Shown here piece by piece: positions 41,935 to 52,845 of a stretch of 64,000 nt of DNA. The translations under genes were made by a program, and so were the position numbers. This stretch comes from Terriglobia bacterium (GTDB taxonomy: Bacteria; Acidobacteriota; Terriglobia; Acidiferrales; UBA7541): assembly GCA_963695545.1 (NCBI GenBank), contig OY968796.1, forward strand, positions 928,001 through 992,000, written 5' to 3'. Below the pieces are notes generated by a model. It had not been told where the DNA came from and made no database searches. It saw nothing but the letters and a program-made list of their open reading frames with translations. The first letter of the stretch is position 1; every line of letters starts with the position of its first letter.

Positions 41935-44900
41935 CTAGAAGTTGAACCGCGCCATCAGCTCGATGATGCGCGGATCGAACGCGCCCGTGGCCTTCCCGAA
42001 CGTCGTGCTCGTGTTGCTGTTCCAGGTTAGATTGAGCGTCGAGAAGTTCGTGTGGTTGAAAACGTTGAACGCTTCCCCTCTCAGTTGAATGTTGAAGCGT
42101 TCGTGGATTTGGAACTGCTTGTCCAGCGCGATGTTGAACGTCACTTCGCCCGGTCCGCGAATGTTGCCGATCGTTTCATCGCCGAACGTGCCGAACGCCG
42201 GCTGTTGGAACGAAGCCGGACTCACCCATCCGCCCGCCGCGCTGCCGTTCAAGTATTGGATCGGCCCGACAATGTTCGGACGAGTAGCCAGGCCGGCGTT
42301 CGCAGTGCCCAGGGTCGGTGTGAGCGCAAACCCGTTCTCGATAATCGCGAGCCCCGAGAAATTCCAGCCCGCGAGTGCCGTGCGAAGCGCTTGGCTGTCG
42401 GCGTTTTTGAAGAACGGCATCTGGTAGACCCAGGCTCCCGTGAAGACGTTCGTCCGATCGAAGTCCGGCTCTCCGTACTCGGCCATCGGGTTGTTTGGAT
42501 TCTGAAAGCCTCCGGCCTGATCGTACGAGACTCCCTGACCGCCCGGCTGCACGTCCGTCAGAGACTTGCTGTACGTATAGGCGAAGTTCAGGTTCAGATC
42601 TCTCCGGCGAAGAATGAAGCTGGTTTGCAACGCGTTGTAATTTGCGATGCCCTCGCTATACGTGCCGGAGATCGATGTCCATCCCTGATAGGGAGCGTAG
42701 AAAGTCTGCAGTCCCCCAGTCGATTCCGTGGTTGTGCCCGACGGCAACGCGTTGATGCAAGGATCGTACTGCTGCACCACCGCCGGCCCTTTGTAGGCAT
42801 AGGTTGTGCTGTTGAGTGGATTTGATGCCAGTCCCGCGCAGCTCGGGCTCAGCGAATTGCTCCCGTCCAGCGGGAAGTTTTCATTCACGGCTTCGTCCGT
42901 CACGTGTTGCGACTTATTTCCGGCGTAGCCCACGTTAAACACCGCGCTCGAGCTTAGTTGACGCTCGATGAAAAGACTGTAGCTCTCGGTCACCGTCGGT
43001 TGGAAATCGCCGCTGAATGCGAACAACGATGTCGGAGTAATTGTGGGCGTGCCCGGCGCCGAACCGATCAGCGGCTGGCTGGTCAGCCCGTTGTTGATCG
43101 TCACGCTCTGTGTGAAAGGCGGATTCGTCAGGAACGCCGGGTTCCTCTCGAGCGCCACCGGCGTATAGCCCATACCGAAGCCTCCGCGCACCGCTGTTTT
43201 CCCATCCGCGGTCAATGCGTATGCAAATCCTAGACGCGGCGCAAAATCGGAGTCCTTGGGTTTGTAAAAGCCAGGTTCCGAGGAAACCGGCAGGGTCGCC
43301 GAACTATCCGCGCCGGCCGTCACCAGACCGTCCGTCAGATTTGCCACCGCTCCTCCCGGAGTCAGCGGCTGTCCGCTCGAGTTAAACGTAAACGCCCCCA
43401 GCATCGAAACCGCCGGTGCGGTAGAGGAGCTGTAGGCGCTGGTTTGGAAGCTCGTCAGATCGTTCGTCACCACAGTCTCCGGCTGGAAGTACGACCAGCG
43501 CACTCCCAAGTTCACCGTCAGGCGTGGCGTGACCTTCCAATCGTCCTGCAGATAGAGCTCCCACCAGCCGTAGTGGAAATATCCCGCGCGCTGTACGTTG
43601 GCCTGCTGGTACGTCGAATCGAGACCCAGCAAGAAGTCCGCGGCGGTGTCGCCGCTTTGCGTGCCGGAAAATGTGTAGACGCCCATCGGCGCCGGAAACG
43701 TACCCGAGCTTTGGCTCTTGTTGCCGCGCAGATAGAGGCCGCCGAACTGGAAAATGTGGTTGTGTTTGATCCAAGTGACGTCGTCGCTGTAGATCGCGTC
43801 GCTGTCCGTCGTATCCGTGGGCAGCGCGCCTTCGCCGATCCACGACCAGTTCCCGCTTCCCGTCAATTCCAGGTTCGGCAGCCGGTTCAGAGTGTCCGCT
43901 CCCGGGTAGGCTTGGGCGATGCACGCGGACGATCCGCAAAGCGGCATCGTGTAATTCGATAGCTTCGAATCGCCTTTGGTCCACGCCAATCCGATGGCCG
44001 CTACGTTGATGAAGTTCGTCGTGAAATCCGAAGTCCAGCGTATCCCCGCGTTCATGCCCGGCGTGTACGTGGACGATCCGGGAGTCGGAGAAGGGTCGTT
44101 GTAGTTACGCGCCGCGTTGATGTTGTCCGATTCCTCATAGCTCACGCGAACCATCAACGCCTGCTTTGGAGTCAGAGCGTAGTCCACCTTGTATACCTGG
44201 TCTTGCTGCGTGTCGTTGGTGATCCCGTTGTTCGCGTAGTAAAAAGGATTCCCGTTCGTGAGCGTCGGCAACGGAAGATACGTGGGAGTCAGCAACGCAA
44301 CGGTTACGGGATCGAAGCAAGCCGGATTGATCTGATTGTTCACACCCGCCTTGGCGGTAATACACGTTGCCTGAGGAGTGGCGAATCCCCGATGCATCAG
44401 GTCCGCAACCGCCGATGCGCTCAGCACCAAGCCGCCGGACGGCATGTTGGGATCGCCGCTCAGGTCGCCGGTGCGCATCGCTGCGCTGAATTCGTTGCGA
44501 GCATTCAGAATCGAGGGAGCGATGCTCTTGCGCCATTCACCGTCCGCAAAGAAGAATAGCTTCTCTCTGTGTGAATCGGAGAACGGGATCACCGGACCGC
44601 CGAAGTCGTATCCGTAAATGTTCTGCCGCAGCGGGCTCGGCGTCGGTGAAAAGAAGTTGCGCGCCGTCCAGTCCGGGTTCCTGATGTAGTCGTATCCGGT
44701 GCCGTGGTACTGCGTGGTGCCGCTCTTGGTCGCCACCAGGATCTCACCCGACCCGGCCATCCCGTATTTCGCGCTGTAGTTGCCCTTCAGCACCGTGAAC
44801 TCGGCGATCGAATCGATCACCGGCATCACGTCCACCTGGAACAGCGCCGCCGGAACCGTGTCGTACACGCCGTCGACCGAATACGCCGTCTTTTCCACCG

Positions 44901-45486
44901 ACGTACCGTTGACGATCACCACGTTGATCACGCCGTTTCCGTTGCCCGTCAGCGAGCTGCCGCCGTCGACGCTGCTCACGCCGGAAATCACCTGCGCCAA
45001 ATTCTGAAAATTCCGTCCATTCAGAGGAAGATTCTGAACCTCGGACGCGCTGATCGTGCCGCGATTGTCGGAACTCTCAGTTTGCACCGACACGGCGTCG
45101 GCCGTGACCGTCACTTGCTGCGTCGTATTTCCCAACGCCAGCGACAGACTTAGACCCCGCCGCTGGCCCGGGTCCAGGTGCACATCCGTCGTCACGCTTT
45201 GTTTAAATCCATCCTTCGTGATCGAAACCATATAGGTTCCGTCCGCCAGCGATTCCACCGAGTAAAAGCCGTCGGAGTTTGTCGTGGCGTTCTGCTGGAA
45301 CCCCTTGTTTTGGTCGGTCACCGTCACCGCGGCGCCCGCCACCGCTGCGCCATTCGGATCCGTCACCGTACCGGAAATTGCGCCCGCCGGCACGTTTTGT
45401 GCATGCACGGCGCCAACGCAACAAATCATCAGCGCTATTGCCAGAGCCAGCCCCAGCCCGGCCAACCCCATTCTTTCGTTTCTCAT
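41935..45486 (-). CDS. TonB-dependent receptor (Oar/carboxypeptidase-regulatory-domain type)
   Basis: Signal peptide, ISGTVTDPNGA, LPLNGRNF, TKSGT, YLQDDWKVTPRLTVNLGVRW, FAPRLGFAY, R.EAFNVFNHTNF, terminal Phe. Confidence 0.92.
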   Translation of the reverse strand: MRNERMGLAGLGLALAIALMICCVGAVHAQNVPAGAISGTVTDPNGAAVAGAAVTVTDQNKGFQQNATTNSDGFYSVESLADGTYMVSITKDGFKQSVTTDVHLDPGQRRGLSLSLALGNTTQQVTVTADAVSVQTESSDNRGTISASEVQNLPLNGRNFQNLAQVISGVSSVDGGSSLTGNGNGVINVVIVNGTSVEKTAYSVDGVYDTVPAALFQVDVMPVIDSIAEFTVLKGNYSAKYGMAGSGEILVATKSGTTQYHGTGYDYIRNPDWTARNFFSPTPSPLRQNIYGYDFGGPVIPFSDSHREKLFFFADGEWRKSIAPSILNARNEFSAAMRTGDLSGDPNMPSGGLVLSASAVADLMHRGFATPQATCITAKAGVNNQINPACFDPVTVALLTPTYLPLPTLTNGNPFYYANNGITNDTQQDQVYKVDYALTPKQALMVRVSYEESDNINAARNYNDPSPTPGSSTYTPGMNAGIRWTSDFTTNFINVAAIGLAWTKGDSKLSNYTMPLCGSSACIAQAYPGADTLNRLPNLELTGSGNWSWIGEGALPTDTTDSDAIYSDDVTWIKHNHIFQFGGLYLRGNKSQSSGTFPAPMGVYTFSGTQSGDTAADFLLGLDSTYQQANVQRAGYFHYGWWELYLQDDWKVTPRLTVNLGVRWSYFQPETVVTNDLTSFQTSAYSSSTAPAVSMLGAFTFNSSGQPLTPGGAVANLTDGLVTAGADSSATLPVSSEPGFYKPKDSDFAPRLGFAYALTADGKTAVRGGFGMGYTPVALERNPAFLTNPPFTQSVTINNGLTSQPLIGSAPGTPTITPTSLFAFSGDFQPTVTESYSLFIERQLSSSAVFNVGYAGNKSQHVTDEAVNENFPLDGSNSLSPSCAGLASNPLNSTTYAYKGPAVVQQYDPCINALPSGTTTESTGGLQTFYAPYQGWTSISGTYSEGIANYNALQTSFILRRRDLNLNFAYTYSKSLTDVQPGGQGVSYDQAGGFQNPNNPMAEYGEPDFDRTNVFTGAWVYQMPFFKNADSQALRTALAGWNFSGLAIIENGFALTPTLGTANAGLATRPNIVGPIQYLNGSAAGGWVSPASFQQPAFGTFGDETIGNIRGPGEVTFNIALDKQFQIHERFNIQLRGEAFNVFNHTNFSTLNLTWNSNTSTTFGKATGAFDPRIIELMARFNF

Positions 45487-45684
45487 TACGTCCCCCCCCA
45501 TTTTCATTACACGCCCCCGTTTTCAAGAATCTTGAATTCCCCGCCAACAGCCTTCCGCGGGCCGACGATCTACGTCCCGGAACGCTCCCCGTGCGCAAAA
45601 ATCTGTTGGGCCAGCGCACCCTCCGCTAAAAGCCTGCCACAATTAAGAACCGAAAAAATAGCGATCGCACCCCAAGCGCCGCGC

Positions 45685-45739
45685 ACTCTAGATCACCAGG
45701 GCGTTATTGTCAATACCAACTTAGTTTCTCTATTGGAAC
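45685..45739 (-). promoter_or_regulatory. Sigma70 promoter of the TonB receptor with upstream operator
   Basis: Minus strand TTGACA (45713-45708)-17-TAGAGT (45690-45685); motif TTTCTCTATTGGAAC at 45725-45739. Confidence 0.7.
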
Positions 45740-46111
45740 AGCCGGGTGTAGTTGGAGGCAGTTTTCCGGCTCCGTCGCTCGCTAGAAACGCCCCATCTCA
45801 ATGAAAATGCGGCCCGTTCCTCTGTGGCTGCGCCCCATTCGCGTTCCGAGTTCGGCTACTGCGCGCGACGAGTCTGGCCGTTGCCTGCCTCTCGGTCTCG
45901 GTGATTCGATTTTCGATAGTCCGCCTAACCGCTTTGCTTCGATCGCGCCCCAATTCCTCGCCTCCATCCACTTGTCCGTCCTCCCACCTCCGGCGCCGAT
46001 CTCGTTCGCGCACTGCGCTCCGTTGCGCCTGGCGCAATCTCGCGCGAGGCCCAGGGTCCGCTCGCCGCGCTTCGAATCACAGACCATCTCCGCCCGCCCC
46101 TCGCAATCTGT

Positions 46112-46170
46112 GAATATTCGTTCGAATACTCAATTAGTACTTGACGCCTGCCTAATATCCATGCTATGCT
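46112..46170 (+). promoter_or_regulatory. Possible promoter with upstream near-palindrome
   Basis: GAATATTCG-TT-CGAATACTC (46112-46131), then TTGACG-18-TATGCT with extended TG. Confidence 0.45.
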
Positions 46171-46582
46171 CCTTCGTGTTCGCCCCTCTCCAATTCGAAA
46201 TCTCCGCTTCGCATCCCGCCCCGCTCTGCGAGTTCGGCATTTCTGCAGCGCGCGCACGCATCTCGAGTCCCCGATGTGCTCCGAGCGCGGTCCAAGCCCC
46301 CTCACAAGCCCCTGTGCTTTCAAGCGATTGCAAAAGAGTGCGCAACTCATTGAGGAAATTGGTTTTTAAGTTCCCGTGTTTTCACACTCATCCGCACTCT
46401 TTTCCTGCAAATCATGCATTTACAGCAAGTTCGCAAAAACATACCCGGGGTGTATATGCAACTTCGCCGTCGCTTGAGCCGCTCGTGCCTAAATTCCGCG
46501 GATTGACAGAACGGCGCGATCAGACGAGAGTAGCCCGTCCCTGCAGAAGCGGCTCGATCGCGATTGATTCGGCGGAGATAAC

Positions 46583-48193
46583 ATGACAGACCGCAAACTC
46601 TATCGGGCGTCCCTCAAGTTCGGTCTGTTCCTCTGCATCGCTGCCGCCGCCGCGAGCCTGCTTCTCCGCGCGGCTCCTGCGCATGACTACCAGACTGAAC
46701 TGAGGAGCCGGCTGGCCCAGGTGGACGCCGAAGTCGGCCGTCGACCCTATCTCGCGAATTGGAACTCGCTCGGCCGTTACCAGGTGCCCGATTGGTTCCG
46801 CGACGCGAAATTCGGCATCTTCATTCATTGGGGCGTCTATTCCGTTCCCGCGTTTGGCAACGAATGGTATTCGCGCAACATGTATGTCCAGGGAACTCCC
46901 GCGTTTCAACACCAGGTCGCCACCTACGGACCGCAATCGAAATTCGGCTACAAAGATTTCATTCCCATGTTCACCGGCAGCAATTTCAACGCCGACGAAT
47001 GGGTCGATCTCTTTGTCCGCGCCGGTGCAAAGTACGTCGTCCCCGTCGCCGAACACTGCGATGGTTTTCCCATGTACGCATCGGACTTCACCGATTGGAA
47101 TGCCAGCCGCATGGGCCCGAAGCGCGATGTGATCGCGGAAATTGCCGCAGCCACCCGGCGGCGCAATCTCCACTTCGGAGCTTCCTCGCATCGCGCCGAA
47201 CACTGGTGGTGGTATGACGGCGGCACCTCGTTCGATTCCGACGTCAGCGATCCTCAATACGCGGGCCTCTATGGTCCCGCGCAACCCATGGGTTGGCCCG
47301 GCGATGATCCCGCGAAGGAGCCCGATCCCAACCATCTGGAAAAATGGCTGCCTCCCAATCAGGCGTTCCTGGACGATTGGCTCGCCCGCAGCACGGAAAT
47401 TGTGGACAAGTATCACCCCGACATTTTCTATTTCGATTGGTGGATCGGCCAGCCCGCTTTTCAACCTTATCTTCAACGCATGGCTGCGTATTACTACGAT
47501 CGCGCCGCGGAACGCGGCACAGGCGTCGTGCTCACCTACAAAGGTTACGCATTTCCGGAAAACGCCGCGGTGCTGGATATCGAGCGCGGAAAGCTTGATG
47601 CCTTGCGTCTCTTGCCCTGGCAGACCGACACTTCCATCAGCGTCAAGTCCTGGGGCTACGTTCAGAACGACACCTATCGCACCGCCGCATCCTTGATCGC
47701 TGAATTGGTCGACGTGGTGAGCAAGAACGGCAATCTCCTCCTCAACGTCGGCCCTAAATCCGATGGCACGATTCCCGATGAAGATAAGAGCGTCTTGCTC
47801 TCGATGGGTCAGTGGCTCAGCGTGAATGGAGAAGCGATTTACGGTTCGCGTCCCTGGCTGGTTTTCGGCGAAGGCCCGACCAGCGATGCCGCAAGCGCCG
47901 TCAAAGGCAACGACAATAAAACTTTCACGGCGCAGGATATTCGTTTCACCACGAGGGACGGATTTCTTTATGCCATCGCGCTCGGCTGGCCCGCCGACGG
48001 CAAACTGACGATTCGCATTCTGAGCGCCGGAACTCCGTACTTGCCGCGGCCGATCACCCAAGTCCAGTTACTCGGCTCGCAAGAAAGTCTAGTGTGGAAG
48101 CAAACCGCGGACGGACTCGAACTTACTCTTCCCCACGACAAACCGAACGACATGGCCTATGTATTCAAAATTTCCACCGCGGCGGTTAATTAG
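46583..48193 (+). CDS. GH29 alpha-L-fucosidase, exported
   Basis: P.WFRDAKFGIFIHWGVYSVP, EWY, AEHCDGF, YFDWW (nucleophile), VSKNGNLLLNVGP..DG, NGEAIY; signal peptide. Confidence 0.92.
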   Translation: MTDRKLYRASLKFGLFLCIAAAAASLLLRAAPAHDYQTELRSRLAQVDAEVGRRPYLANWNSLGRYQVPDWFRDAKFGIFIHWGVYSVPAFGNEWYSRNMYVQGTPAFQHQVATYGPQSKFGYKDFIPMFTGSNFNADEWVDLFVRAGAKYVVPVAEHCDGFPMYASDFTDWNASRMGPKRDVIAEIAAATRRRNLHFGASSHRAEHWWWYDGGTSFDSDVSDPQYAGLYGPAQPMGWPGDDPAKEPDPNHLEKWLPPNQAFLDDWLARSTEIVDKYHPDIFYFDWWIGQPAFQPYLQRMAAYYYDRAAERGTGVVLTYKGYAFPENAAVLDIERGKLDALRLLPWQTDTSISVKSWGYVQNDTYRTAASLIAELVDVVSKNGNLLLNVGPKSDGTIPDEDKSVLLSMGQWLSVNGEAIYGSRPWLVFGEGPTSDAASAVKGNDNKTFTAQDIRFTTRDGFLYAIALGWPADGKLTIRILSAGTPYLPRPITQVQLLGSQESLVWKQTADGLELTLPHDKPNDMAYVFKISTAAVN

Positions 48194-48219
48194 GATTTCA
48201 ATGCGGCGAATCGCCTCGC

Positions 48220-50742
48220 CTATTGCGCATGGATTTCATAATGCCCTTCATGGCTCAGGTGAAACTCCGCGCGCATCCCGCCCTCGGCAGCCCTGGACGA
48301 AACCATCGATCCGTTCACGTAGACTTGCGATTTTTCGCCGGGAACCGGAACCACGACATCAGCATCGACCGACGCCGGCAAATCGAGAGCGAGGTGAAAC
48401 GTGCCGTCATTCTTGATGTCAACTTTGATCAGGCCGTTCGGAGTCGGTTCGCTTCCGCGCGCCCACGCAAGGTCGATCAAATCCGGTCGAATGGTCACGT
48501 GGCTGAATCCCGCCGCAGTCGGATTGATCCCGAGCACTTGCTCCATCAGCCAAGCCGTCGGACCACTGGACCATCCGTGCGCCAGGCTCACGAAGTATCC
48601 TGTAGTCCCATCGGCTTGCAGAGAAACGTGGAAATTTATTTTCGGCCATCGCAAATCGTACGCTTCCCAGAATGAAGTCGCGCCCTCCGCGAGCATCCCG
48701 CCCCAAAACGTCCGAATCCATTGCAGCGCCTCGGCGCGATGCCCCGCTTGCGCCATCGCGGACACCACGTAGTAGTTGTAGTAAGGACTGATCACCGGAG
48801 AATCCCATCGATCTTGCGACACATTTTTCAAAACGTTGTCCCACAGCGCGGGATATTGGTCCGGCGTCGCCAGGCCGGACACAATTGCCATCGCGTTGGT
48901 CTGCCAACGCGTGCCATACGTTCCCGTATTCGCGTCGCGCAGATACATATTTGTCGACGCACGAATCGCGTCCGCGCGTTGCTCGTAATGATCCGCGTTC
49001 GCCGTGTCGTTCAGCTCGCGCAGCAAATACGCGCCTTCTTTGTACGCCCGGTAATACTCGATCTGCGTCGCCTGCCGCGCTTCGGGAGTGTCGGCATACA
49101 GTCCTGGAGACCAATCCACAAAGAGCCACTGCTTTTCCGGATTCACAAAAATGTTCCTGTCGTCGAATCCGGAATCCATCAGCTTCAGCAGTTCCACCAA
49201 GCGAGGGTGCACGCTCACCAGAAAATCTTTCGCGCCCGTATGGCCGTAATATTCGGCGAGAGCCGTCACCCACAGCGCGGAATATCCCGGGATCGTGTTC
49301 ACCTGCTCGGTCACCGGGTCGTCGCCGATCAGGCGCGTCATCGTGTCTTCCACCAGAAAATGATCGGCGAAAACGCTGTTGATCACGCGCCCTCCGACGT
49401 CGAGGTCGCCAATCCATCGTCCGCGGTCGCGCTTCACCGCGTCCCATATATCGTCCTGCATGCACAAATGCATGGTGTACGCGCCCGTTTCCCAGATGCG
49501 ATTCAGAAGCGCGTCGGACGATTCAAACGATCCTTTGTATTCAACCGGATAATAAATTCCGTCCAACTGAATCGTCTTGAAACGAATCTCCGGACCGCCG
49601 CCGACAAAGCGAATCTTGGCGTAGCGGAAACCGGCCTTCGGGCCGTACGCGGTGGAATGATTTGCGATGTGCAGCAAATCCGTTCCCACGAAGTGGCCGC
49701 CCGCTTTGGCTTCTTCCGCGGATTCTCCGTATTGGATCGTCACCCAAGCGTCGCAGTCGCAATCGGATTGAAACTCCACGCGCCCTTCCACCTCGCGCCC
49801 GAAATCCAACAGGAGGCTTGGCGCAATTTCGTCGGGCAGCATCGGTTGAGCGAGTTTCACCGTAAATTCAGGAGTGGCTTCGGTCGAAGTGAGCGCCTGA
49901 ACGTTCCGAATCTCGCTTCGCCCCTCGAATACGTCCGTCACTTTCTCCGCTTTCATTCGGTATTGACGCAGAAACGGCGAAACGCCTTCGTAACCGGGCC
50001 AATCGAACATGCCCGCGTCGCCATTCCACTGAAGCATGTCGACCGAACTCTCGATCGGTCCGAGCGATTGAACGGTTTTCCAGTTGCTGTCATCGAATCC
50101 CGGCTGCTCCCACCCGCCGGGCGCATCGAGCGAGCTTTTCCAATCCGGCCCGCTGATCGCAAGCGGCGCGGCGTTGATTCCGGTCGCCGCCGGCAGAATC
50201 TTGGCGACGAGAATTTCGCCGAATGTCTGCTGTTGAACCACGCGCGAGTTGGTCACGCTCACGATCCCGCGCCCGCGAACCACTTCAAGTGCGAGCGTAT
50301 TAGAGCCGCTGCGAAGCGCGCTTCGGATGTCCGTCGCGAACACGTGGATTCCAAGCGGCGAGGTGACATCGCTTTCGACTTGGTCGACGAGTGCGCCGTT
50401 GACGTAGATCTTCGCGGAACGCGGACCGGCCAGGTACAGAGTCGCTGCCGCCGGAAGCTCCGCGAGCTGGAAGGTATAGCGGAAGTAGTGCGGTGCAGAC
50501 TTTACGTCCGGCGTCGCGAAATCGTAGTTGTTGTGGTCCGCGTGCAATGCGGCGGCGTCGCCCGCCGTCCAAATATATTGTTCCCGCAAAGGCACGTGCT
50601 GCGACGGCTGCGCTTCGGCCGCGGTCATGTTGCGTGTGGGGTCAAGCTTCCCGTCTGGAAAGCTGTCTTGCGCGATCGATATGCGCGCGGAAAAGCAAAG
50701 CAAGAGCGCGGCAACAACGAGGTACCGCAACCGAATCATCAT
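48220..50742 (-). CDS. GH78 alpha-L-rhamnosidase-like, exported
   Basis: LLDFGRE, GFRY, WDAVKRDRGRWIGD, FVDW, GATSFWE, SLAHGWS.GP; RBS AGGAGG before ATG 50742. Confidence 0.88.
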   Translation of the reverse strand: MMIRLRYLVVAALLLCFSARISIAQDSFPDGKLDPTRNMTAAEAQPSQHVPLREQYIWTAGDAAALHADHNNYDFATPDVKSAPHYFRYTFQLAELPAAATLYLAGPRSAKIYVNGALVDQVESDVTSPLGIHVFATDIRSALRSGSNTLALEVVRGRGIVSVTNSRVVQQQTFGEILVAKILPAATGINAAPLAISGPDWKSSLDAPGGWEQPGFDDSNWKTVQSLGPIESSVDMLQWNGDAGMFDWPGYEGVSPFLRQYRMKAEKVTDVFEGRSEIRNVQALTSTEATPEFTVKLAQPMLPDEIAPSLLLDFGREVEGRVEFQSDCDCDAWVTIQYGESAEEAKAGGHFVGTDLLHIANHSTAYGPKAGFRYAKIRFVGGGPEIRFKTIQLDGIYYPVEYKGSFESSDALLNRIWETGAYTMHLCMQDDIWDAVKRDRGRWIGDLDVGGRVINSVFADHFLVEDTMTRLIGDDPVTEQVNTIPGYSALWVTALAEYYGHTGAKDFLVSVHPRLVELLKLMDSGFDDRNIFVNPEKQWLFVDWSPGLYADTPEARQATQIEYYRAYKEGAYLLRELNDTANADHYEQRADAIRASTNMYLRDANTGTYGTRWQTNAMAIVSGLATPDQYPALWDNVLKNVSQDRWDSPVISPYYNYYVVSAMAQAGHRAEALQWIRTFWGGMLAEGATSFWEAYDLRWPKINFHVSLQADGTTGYFVSLAHGWSSGPTAWLMEQVLGINPTAAGFSHVTIRPDLIDLAWARGSEPTPNGLIKVDIKNDGTFHLALDLPASVDADVVVPVPGEKSQVYVNGSMVSSRAAEGGMRAEFHLSHEGHYEIHAQ

Positions 50743-50823
50743 GGCCTCCTGGGAACCAATCATTCAAAAACGAAGCGCACTCGGCGCGTGGCCGGAGAAA
50801 CCACGCAAATGTGCATGTCTGGT

Positions 50824-50853
50824 ATGAAACATTTTCCTATGAGAAACTACGCT
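50824..50853. promoter_or_regulatory. Operator in the divergent GH78/GH127 gap
   Basis: TTTTCCTATGAGAAA at 50832-50846, inside a possible ATGAAA-18-TACGCT promoter. Confidence 0.6.
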
Positions 50854-50954
50854 ACGAATCTGAATCTGGCAACTGCCTGCTCTTGCGACCGTGAAAACGG
50901 GGTTGGCCTGGTCGTAAGTGACTCTTCATATCCACTCGGAGCCGCTCTGCTGAG

Positions 50955-52799
50955 ATGAGAAAACCGCGGAAACCCCGAGCTCAAGAAGTCTCCCGGAGAG
51001 ATTTTCTCAAGGGGGCGGGGGCTGCGTTTGCGCTCGGAAGCATTGCTCGCCGGCTTCCCGCAATTTCCGCCACGCCCGCCGTTCGCCTGGGCGAATTCGA
51101 CTACGCTGATGTTCGGCTGACTGGCGGTCCGTTCAAGGACCACTACGACCGCATCCTGGCAAGCTACCTTGCGCTCGATAACGACCGGCTGCTCAAAGTG
51201 TATCGTCAGCGCGCGGGGCTCCCCGCGCCCGGCGACGACATGGGCGGTTGGTACGATGCCGATGGATTTGTGCCCGGCCACGCGCTGGGACAATTCATTT
51301 CCGGGCTTTCACGCTACGCGCGCGCCACCGGCGACGCGGATGCCTACGCGAAAGTTCGCGCGCTGATCTCGGGCTTCGGCGAGACGCTTGGCCCCGATGG
51401 CTATCCGTACGCCAGCGCCAAAGCCGCTACCACCTGGCCTTGCTACATTCTCGATAAGGACGAAATCGGTCTGCTGGATTCTTTTCGTCTCGCCGGCGTC
51501 GCGCAATCTCGCGACATGCTCACTCGCGTGATTCACGGGGCGTTGCCTTCACTGCCTGACCACACTTACGATCGCGGCCCCAATAGCCCGAAGCAAGCGC
51601 CGTATGATGAAACGTACATACTTTCGGAAAATCTTTTTGACAGCTACGAAGTGACGGGCAACCGCGAGTTTTTCGATTTGGCGCGGAAGTATCTACTTAC
51701 AACCGATTATTTCGCTCCCATGGCCACCGGCACATATCCGCTTCCCGGAAAGCACGCTTACAGCCACGTGATTGCGCTCAGTTCGGCGGCGAAGGCCTAT
51801 GAAGTTCTTGGCGATCCGATGTATCTCGAAGCCATCGAGAACGCGTGGAACTTGCTCGAAACGCAACAGCAATATGCGTCGGGAGGGTGGGGTCCGAAGG
51901 AAGCGTTCGTCGAGCCCAATAAAGGACAGCTGTACGATAGCTTGAGCACAACCGAGGATCATTTCGAGACGCCGTGCGGCTGCTACGCGCAGACCAAGCT
52001 CGCGCGCTATTTGCTGCGGTTCACAGGCGATGCGCGCTACGGAGACGGCTTGGAGCGCATTTTGTACAACACCATCCTCGGAGCCAAGGATCCCGACGGC
52101 GAGAACGATTTCTTCTATTACTCGAGCTACGGCCCGCTCTCGCAAAAGTCGTATTACAAATCCAAGGTCCCCTGTTGCGCGGGCACGCTGGTGCAGACCG
52201 TTGCGGATTACGTTTTAAATGTCTACTTCCGCGGCGATGACGGTATTTATGTGAGCCTTTATACGCCGTCCGAGTTGCGCTGGAATGCCGGCAAGATTCC
52301 CGTGAAGCTCATTCAAACCACCGACTATCCGAACGACGAGGCCGTGCATTTCCGCTTGGAGCTGCCAGTTCCAACAGAATTTGCCGTGTCCTTTCGGATT
52401 CCGCGCTGGATAAGTGGCGCCGCGGCTCTTTCGGTCAACGGCAAGAGCGTGTCGGTTCCCGCAAATCCAGGAACTTTTGCGACCATTCGCCGCCTATGGA
52501 GCACGAACGACACGATTGAATTGCGGCTGCCTTTCGAGTTCAGAACGGAAGCGATCGATAATCAGCACCCGGAAACGGTCGCCGCGATGCGCGGCCCGCT
52601 GATGTACGTCGCGGCAACCCCGCCGGAAAATCTTGCCAGCGTTGCGCTTCGACTGCCGCAGGGCCTGACGCCATTGCCGAATGCGCCCGGGCTCTTCACT
52701 TACCAGCTGCCGGAGCAAACTCTTCAATTCAAACCGTTCTTCGCCATTCACGACGAACGCTACAACACCTATTTCCTGAAGCAGGAAGCGCACGCGTGA
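50955..52799 (+). CDS. Tat-exported GH127/GH146 (DUF1680) cysteine glycosidase
   Basis: SRRDFLK Tat motif; GH.LG..IS, ETPCG, D.LER.LYN, PCCAGT, T.YP, RIP.W, RGPL. Confidence 0.85.
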   Translation: MRKPRKPRAQEVSRRDFLKGAGAAFALGSIARRLPAISATPAVRLGEFDYADVRLTGGPFKDHYDRILASYLALDNDRLLKVYRQRAGLPAPGDDMGGWYDADGFVPGHALGQFISGLSRYARATGDADAYAKVRALISGFGETLGPDGYPYASAKAATTWPCYILDKDEIGLLDSFRLAGVAQSRDMLTRVIHGALPSLPDHTYDRGPNSPKQAPYDETYILSENLFDSYEVTGNREFFDLARKYLLTTDYFAPMATGTYPLPGKHAYSHVIALSSAAKAYEVLGDPMYLEAIENAWNLLETQQQYASGGWGPKEAFVEPNKGQLYDSLSTTEDHFETPCGCYAQTKLARYLLRFTGDARYGDGLERILYNTILGAKDPDGENDFFYYSSYGPLSQKSYYKSKVPCCAGTLVQTVADYVLNVYFRGDDGIYVSLYTPSELRWNAGKIPVKLIQTTDYPNDEAVHFRLELPVPTEFAVSFRIPRWISGAAALSVNGKSVSVPANPGTFATIRRLWSTNDTIELRLPFEFRTEAIDNQHPETVAAMRGPLMYVAATPPENLASVALRLPQGLTPLPNAPGLFTYQLPEQTLQFKPFFAIHDERYNTYFLKQEAHA

Positions 52800-52845
52800 G
52801 CGACCCGAGAGACGCGCATCACCCACGCATTTGCGGTGAAGACTC

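Noticed and set aside
45801..46586. 261-aa ORF spanning the TonB/GH29 gap
   Set aside because: Pro/Ser/Arg-rich with no recognisable domain, and it runs through promoter-like and repeat-like sequence; probably non-coding.
48721..50958. 745-aa plus-strand ORF and other long antisense ORFs (46520-48061, 22761-24062, 25219-26466, 14093-15214)
   Set aside because: They lie opposite well-supported genes and have no motifs; typical shadow ORFs of GC-rich DNA.
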